Virus record (IMG/VR): IMGVR_UViG_2675903289_000014
Length of the DNA: 11,276 nt
Source of the DNA: a virus
Lineage: Duplodnaviria > Heunggongvirae > Uroviricota > Caudoviricetes
Strand: one strand, 5' to 3'
The stretch's first letter is position 1. Each line of letters opens with the position of its first letter. Positions 7,492 to 11,276 of this stretch are shown one piece after another. A program made the translations under genes and the position numbers. The notes under the pieces were generated by a model. The model saw only the letters and a list, made by a program, of their open reading frames with translations, did no database searches and was not told the DNA's origin.

Positions 7492-7548
7492 GTGAAATTA
7501 GCTATCAGGCTTCAATTACCGCTGGCATTCGCATCAAAGGAGAGGAGC

Positions 7549-7905
7549 ATGGAAATAAAACCAGAAGATGAGTTAAGCAATATTGTTTTATTTCCGGTAA
7601 AAGAGGATAACCCTCGTAATCAGGTTAATTTTCTTTATGAGCCATCGGAAAGACCATATTGCCATCACGCTTCTGTCCGGGTTGACGAAAAAGAGCGTCA
7701 GGTCCGCTGTAAAATCTGCGGTGCGGTTGTGGAGCCGTTTGACTGGATGCTCTCTGTGGCAAAAAGAGAAACCAGACTGGCAGATGATGTAAGGCTCTTG
7801 CGCCAGGAGGAGCGGGAAAGGCGAAAAAATATAGAAAAGCTAATCCAGATTGAGCGTAATGCGAAAGCGCGGATACGCAGGGTGACAAAATATAGCCCCG
7901 AATAA
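7549..7905 (+). CDS. uncharacterised zinc-ribbon-like protein with Arg/Lys/Glu-rich coiled-coil tail (118 aa)
   Basis: ATG 7549 with strong SD aaggagaggag (7538-7547); stop TAA 7903-7905. Product contains C-H-H-x14-C-x2-C (YCHHASVRVDEKERQVRCKICGAVVEP) followed by RLADDVRLLRQEERERRKNIEKLIQIERNAKARIRR. A GTG at 7492 is an alternative start. Confidence 0.6.
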   Translation: MEIKPEDELSNIVLFPVKEDNPRNQVNFLYEPSERPYCHHASVRVDEKERQVRCKICGAVVEPFDWMLSVAKRETRLADDVRLLRQEERERRKNIEKLIQIERNAKARIRRVTKYSPE

Positions 7906-8119
7906 TCAAGGTTATTTCTGGAAGTCAAGTCGTGAGTGATGAGGACTAACAAATACGGTGAACTCGATAAAGAGATTCAGGACGAACTGGAGGCCAGGAA
8001 TGATTGACAAATCACCAAGTGAGTTCAGCTACAAAGATTTATTGTCATAACGGGTTATGAGATCGACTTGGTGCGTGATATTCTTCGGGCCAGTTTGCTA
8101 TGCGCCACCATGAGATGTT

Positions 8120-10021
8120 ATGGCCCGCATGTTTGATACATTAGGATTTTACATTATGAATGTGCAACATTTTGATTTTTTTACAGATAATGAGTTTTCT
8201 AATCTGGAAAGATATCAAACTTGTAAAGCCATGGCCAAAGGTTATGCGGGCAATTACAAAACCGGGCAGTCAAGGTTGATGCATGCCCGCTCATACTGCT
8301 TCAGCATCGTAGCTGCATATTGGGATACCCTTGCAAAAAAGCAAAAAAGCAGCATTAAAATGAGGGCAGTACCGCACACTGTTTACATAGAAGACATTCC
8401 ATGTGATGCACGCGAGCTCGCTGAACGAACAGGTGAGCTTATTGCTCAATTTCCGGCGGAGGACGCTGGATATCTGATTGGGTCAATTTATACGGTAATG
8501 CTGCCATCCGCTTACCGTTCGGAATTGGGGGCTTACTATACCCCCCCACCTTTGGTAGCGCGTCTCTTGGACCTGGCTGAAAAGTCTGGTGTTGATTTTT
8601 CTCATGCATCGGTTATTGATCCTGCGTGTGGTGGCGGTGCATTTTTGGCACCAGTAGCCATTCGAATGTTAAAAAAAGACAAGGGGTCTTCCCCTGAATG
8701 GATGTTGAGGAGAATCAGTCGTCGTTTAAAGGGGATAGAGATCGATCCATTTGCGGCTTGGATGAGTTTGGTATTGCTCGAATCTGTACTAATGCCACTA
8801 TGTGTAAAGGTAAAACGTAGATTGCCTGAAGATACAATTATTGTTGCTGATGCGCTTCAGCAAGATAAATTTTCTGGTTATGATCTTGTGGTAGGGAATC
8901 CGCCTTACGGACGTGTCACTCTCGATATTAAAACGAGAGAAAAATATTCTCGTTCGTTATTTGGTCATGCAAATCTATATGGATTGTTCACCGACTTAGC
9001 TGTTCGCATGGTTAAAGAGAAAACAGGAGTTATTGCATTTCTTACGCCAACTTCTTTTCTTGGTGGGCAGTATTTCACCGCGCTGCGAACCCTTTTGACC
9101 GAAAAAACTACTCCNNNNNNNNNNNNNNNNNNNNNNNNNNNNNNNNNNNNNNNNNNNNNNNNNNNNNNNNNNNNNNNNNNNNNNNNNNNNNNNNNNNNNN
9201 NNNNNNNNNNNNNNNNNNNNNNNNNNNNNNNNNNNNNNNNNNNNNNNNNNNNNNNNNNNNNNNNNNNNNNNNNNNNNNNNNNNNNNNNNNNNNNNNNNNN
9301 NNNNNNNNNNNNNNNNNNNNNNNNNNNNNNNNNNNNNNNNNNNNNNNNNNNNNNNNNNNNNNNNNNNNNNNNNNNNNNNNNNNNNNNNNNNNNNNNNNNN
9401 NNNNNNNNNNNNNNNNNNNNNNNNNNNNNNNNNNNNNNNNNNNNNNNNNNNNNNNNNNNNNNNNNNNNNNNNNNNNNNNNNNNNNNNNNNNNNNNNNNNN
9501 NNNNNNNNNNNNNNNNNNNNNNNNNNNNNNNNNNNNNNNNNNNNNNNNNNNNNNNNNNNNNNNNNNNNNNNNNNNNNNNNNNNNNNNNNNNNNNNNNNNN
9601 NNNNNNNNNNNNNNNNNNNNNNNNNACAAAATCTGAATGTGTGCTTGTTCAGCGGACAACATCGAAGGAACAGGACAGAAGGATTTTAGCGGCAATTTTA
9701 CCTCAGGGATTTATAGNNNNNNNNNNNNNNNNNNNNNNNNNNNNNNNNNNNNNNNNNNNNNNNNNNNNNNNNNNNNNNNNNNNNNNNNNNNNNNNNNNNN
9801 NNNNNNNNNNNNNNNNNNNNNNNNNNNNNNNNNNNNNNNNNNNNNNNNNNNNNNNNNNNNNNNNNNNNNNNNNNNNNNNNNNNNNNNNNNNNNNNNNNNN
9901 NNNNNNNNNNNNNNNNNNNNNNNNNNNNNNNNNNNNNNNNNNNNNNNNNNNNNNNNNNNNNNNNNNNNNNNNNNNNNNNNNNNNNNNNNNNNCTGGTTTC
10001 TATGGAGTGATGATTGCATGA
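8120..10021 (+). CDS. gamma-class N6-adenine DNA methyltransferase, Eco57I/PstI-type (about 620-633 aa; target-recognition region largely masked)
   Basis: Motifs read directly: GAYYTPPPLVARLL (Eco57I-type motif X), VIDPACGGGAFL (AdoMet-binding motif I), VVGNPPYG (motif IV, NPPY indicates N6-adenine). Motif I precedes motif IV, the gamma arrangement. The frame is continuous through both masked blocks to TGA 10019-10021. Start is uncertain (ATG 8120, 8129 or 8156, none with a strong SD). Confidence 0.85.
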   Translation: MARMFDTLGFYIMNVQHFDFFTDNEFSNLERYQTCKAMAKGYAGNYKTGQSRLMHARSYCFSIVAAYWDTLAKKQKSSIKMRAVPHTVYIEDIPCDARELAERTGELIAQFPAEDAGYLIGSIYTVMLPSAYRSELGAYYTPPPLVARLLDLAEKSGVDFSHASVIDPACGGGAFLAPVAIRMLKKDKGSSPEWMLRRISRRLKGIEIDPFAAWMSLVLLESVLMPLCVKVKRRLPEDTIIVADALQQDKFSGYDLVVGNPPYGRVTLDIKTREKYSRSLFGHANLYGLFTDLAVRMVKEKTGVIAFLTPTSFLGGQYFTALRTLLTEKTTXXXXXXXXXXXXXXXXXXXXXXXXXXXXXXXXXXXXXXXXXXXXXXXXXXXXXXXXXXXXXXXXXXXXXXXXXXXXXXXXXXXXXXXXXXXXXXXXXXXXXXXXXXXXXXXXXXXXXXXXXXXXXXXXXXXXXXXXXXXXXXXXXXXXXXXXXXXXXXXXXXXXXXXXXXXTKSECVLVQRTTSKEQDRRILAAILPQGFIXXXXXXXXXXXXXXXXXXXXXXXXXXXXXXXXXXXXXXXXXXXXXXXXXXXXXXXXXXXXXXXXXXXXXXXXXXXXXXXXXXXXXXXXXXXXXGFYGVMIA

Positions 10022-11100
10022 ATCTGCCTGTTGTTCCCCCATTGAATGTTATCCGGGAAAGATTACAATTAATTTTCCCTGAAGGGACTGAGAATCGTGG
10101 ATATTTAATTCGGGAAATAGCTGCAAAAACAATTTTTGTCATGTTTTATGCTGGTGCGGTTGAGGGGCTGGGGCGATGGATAAGGCCCAGCCAGGTTGTA
10201 AGTATGGGAGATTCGCAGGCTGCTCTTACTGATGATGCGTCCAGAGAAAGCTGGGTAAAGATGACTTTCTCTAAACAAAAGATAAGGCCTGCTGATGCAT
10301 GGTATGCGGAAAATACGCGTGAGCCAATACGTGATGAAACTATAAAAAATGGCCTAATACCTTGCAATGCAATTGTTGAGCGTAAAGGTATACCCACCAC
10401 ATCCTCTCGTCCTCGTTACAGTTTGAATCGCTCTTTTGCAGCACTCTTTGATGCCGGGCTTGAAGGAGATTCGCTGCTGAGTGCAATAAGTTCCTGGCAA
10501 GAAAATCATTTGAACAAAGCCGCTCTTGCTAGGTTGCGTTTATTGAAATCAGGGGCAGTGATTGCTGCTGATGCCGTAGTCGTCACTTTCCCAAATGGAG
10601 AGAAGAGAACTTTAGCTCCGGGCCCGTCAAGTACAATAGCTAAGGCCGTCATCGAAGTTTTTGCTCCTAATTTTCTTAAGAATCCAACTGTGCTCTGGTT
10701 GTCTGAATCCGGGAATAAAGTTGTTGCTCAGGATGATGTATTGGCAAAAGCATTGGGGCTGAATATTGATGCCTCAAAAGCACTTCCAGATATTATTTTG
10801 ATTGATTTGGGAGAGGACCGAACGGGTTCGGACATGCTTGTAGTTTTCACTGAAGTAGTTGCGACAGATGGGCCTATAAACAGGGAACGAAAAGTTACTC
10901 TCACTCATTTGGCTATTGACGCTGGGTTCAGCGAGAAAAATCTTGCATTCCTTACGGCATTTATGGACAGAAGTGCTCTGCCTTTTAAAAAGGCAATACC
11001 AGAATTGGCGTGGGGATCTTATGCATGGTTTGCTTCTGAACCGGAGCACTTAATTGATCTTCGGGATGGTTATCCGGTAAAGATCAGCCAGAGAAAATGA
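10018..11100 (+). CDS. putative type II restriction endonuclease, BsuBI/PstI-like (360 aa)
   Basis: ATG 10018 overlaps the methyltransferase stop (ATGA) with GGAG about 10 nt upstream; stop TGA 11098-11100. The C-terminal region has a PD...E-type nuclease-like segment (LPDIILIDLGEDRTGSDMLVVFTEVVATDG). Family assignment rests on context (partner of an Eco57I/PstI-type methyltransferase) and size, not on a verified alignment. Confidence 0.7.
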   Translation: MNLPVVPPLNVIRERLQLIFPEGTENRGYLIREIAAKTIFVMFYAGAVEGLGRWIRPSQVVSMGDSQAALTDDASRESWVKMTFSKQKIRPADAWYAENTREPIRDETIKNGLIPCNAIVERKGIPTTSSRPRYSLNRSFAALFDAGLEGDSLLSAISSWQENHLNKAALARLRLLKSGAVIAADAVVVTFPNGEKRTLAPGPSSTIAKAVIEVFAPNFLKNPTVLWLSESGNKVVAQDDVLAKALGLNIDASKALPDIILIDLGEDRTGSDMLVVFTEVVATDGPINRERKVTLTHLAIDAGFSEKNLAFLTAFMDRSALPFKKAIPELAWGSYAWFASEPEHLIDLRDGYPVKISQRK

Positions 11101-11140
11101 CCAAAGTTTGATATCCGCCACGCCCTGAAGGATGGGGGTT

Positions 11141-11276
11141 TTACGGTGCACTGGATAAAAAATCGGTTTCATAGATTTGCCCACCGTGGTATACGCCTGC
11201 GATAAAAACTTTATTGTCATCAACGGCAAAAGCAATAATTGTTCTGTGGCGGGGTGATGCTGCCAACTTACTGATT
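11141..11276 (-). CDS. C-terminal 44 codons of a convergent gene, RelE/YoeB-like toxin tail (5' end beyond window)
   Basis: Minus frame open from the window edge to TAA at complement of 11141-11143; translation ...ISKLAASPRHRTIIAFAVDDNKVFIAGVYHGGQIYETDFLSSAP. The HR-(I/V)-x-A...DD...IA..YH pattern resembles RelE/YoeB-superfamily C-termini. Low-confidence family call from a fragment. Confidence 0.3.
   Translation of the reverse strand, partial: ISKLAASPRHRTIIAFAVDDNKVFIAGVYHGGQIYETDFLSSAP

Noticed and set aside
7625-7952. Minus-strand ORFs 7625..7909 and 7698..7952 antisense to the zinc-ribbon gene
   Set aside because: Antisense shadow ORFs. The sense ORF has a strong SD and recognisable motifs.
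7939-8007. 22-codon micro-ORF (MRTNKYGELDKEIQDELEARND) in the spacer upstream of the methyltransferase, considered as a possible tiny controller or leader peptide
   Set aside because: No convincing SD and no HTH-length domain; too short to assign. Would reconsider only if conserved in homologous cassettes.
8004-8009. Consensus TTGACA hexamer as the -35 of a methyltransferase promoter
   Set aside because: No acceptable -10 hexamer 16-18 bp downstream (agctac, cagcta); left as an unassigned observation.
10146-11235. Minus-strand ORFs 10146..10400, 10774..11049 and 11050..11235 within or overlapping the endonuclease gene
   Set aside because: Antisense to a well-supported coupled gene. 11050..11235 is in a different frame from the toxin-like tail reported at 11141-11276 and overlaps the endonuclease 3' end.
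1-11276. CRISPR arrays, tRNA or rRNA genes, integrase or attachment sites, insertion-sequence inverted repeats
   Set aside because: No regularly spaced short repeats, no tRNA-like cloverleaf candidates and no transposase-like ORFs were seen in the unmasked sequence; masked blocks cannot be assessed.

Overview
This 11.3-kb window is about one third N-masked (431-772, 871-1079, 1197-1271, 1931-2734, 4682-5255, 5261-5789, 5816-6138, 6238-6289, 9115-9625, 9717-9992), so several genes are seen only as fragments and every long ORF in the track that runs through Ns is an artefact. The readable parts look like the immunity/early region of an enterobacterial lambdoid (Rac / CP-933P-like) prophage with defence cargo. 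Left to right: (i) a leftward early operon with a cI-like HTH repressor, a PaaA-like antitoxin and a ParE-like toxin start (paaR-paaA-parE-type three-component toxin-antitoxin), a second DicA-like HTH regulator, and tandemly duplicated small genes, one ending in a ParE-like C-terminal segment; (ii) a divergent promoter/operator region with lambda-like TATCAC half-sites; (iii) a rightward operon with Cro-like YdaS, YdaT, the N-terminus of YdaU-like replication protein, then masked replication genes; (iv) three tightly packed uncharacterised genes (tandem winged-helix protein, small wH-like protein, zinc-ribbon/coiled-coil protein); (v) an AT-richer two-gene cassette: an Eco57I-type gamma-class N6-adenine methyltransferase translationally coupled (ATGA) to a roughly 360-aa protein I take to be a BsuBI/PstI-like restriction endonuclease; (vi) at the right edge, the C-terminus of a convergent RelE/YoeB-like gene. 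No rRNA, tRNA or CRISPR array was seen. The best candidates for something undescribed are the three-gene block directly upstream of the restriction-modification cassette and the exact nature of the methyltransferase partner protein. All family assignments are from motif recognition by eye; none was checked by search.
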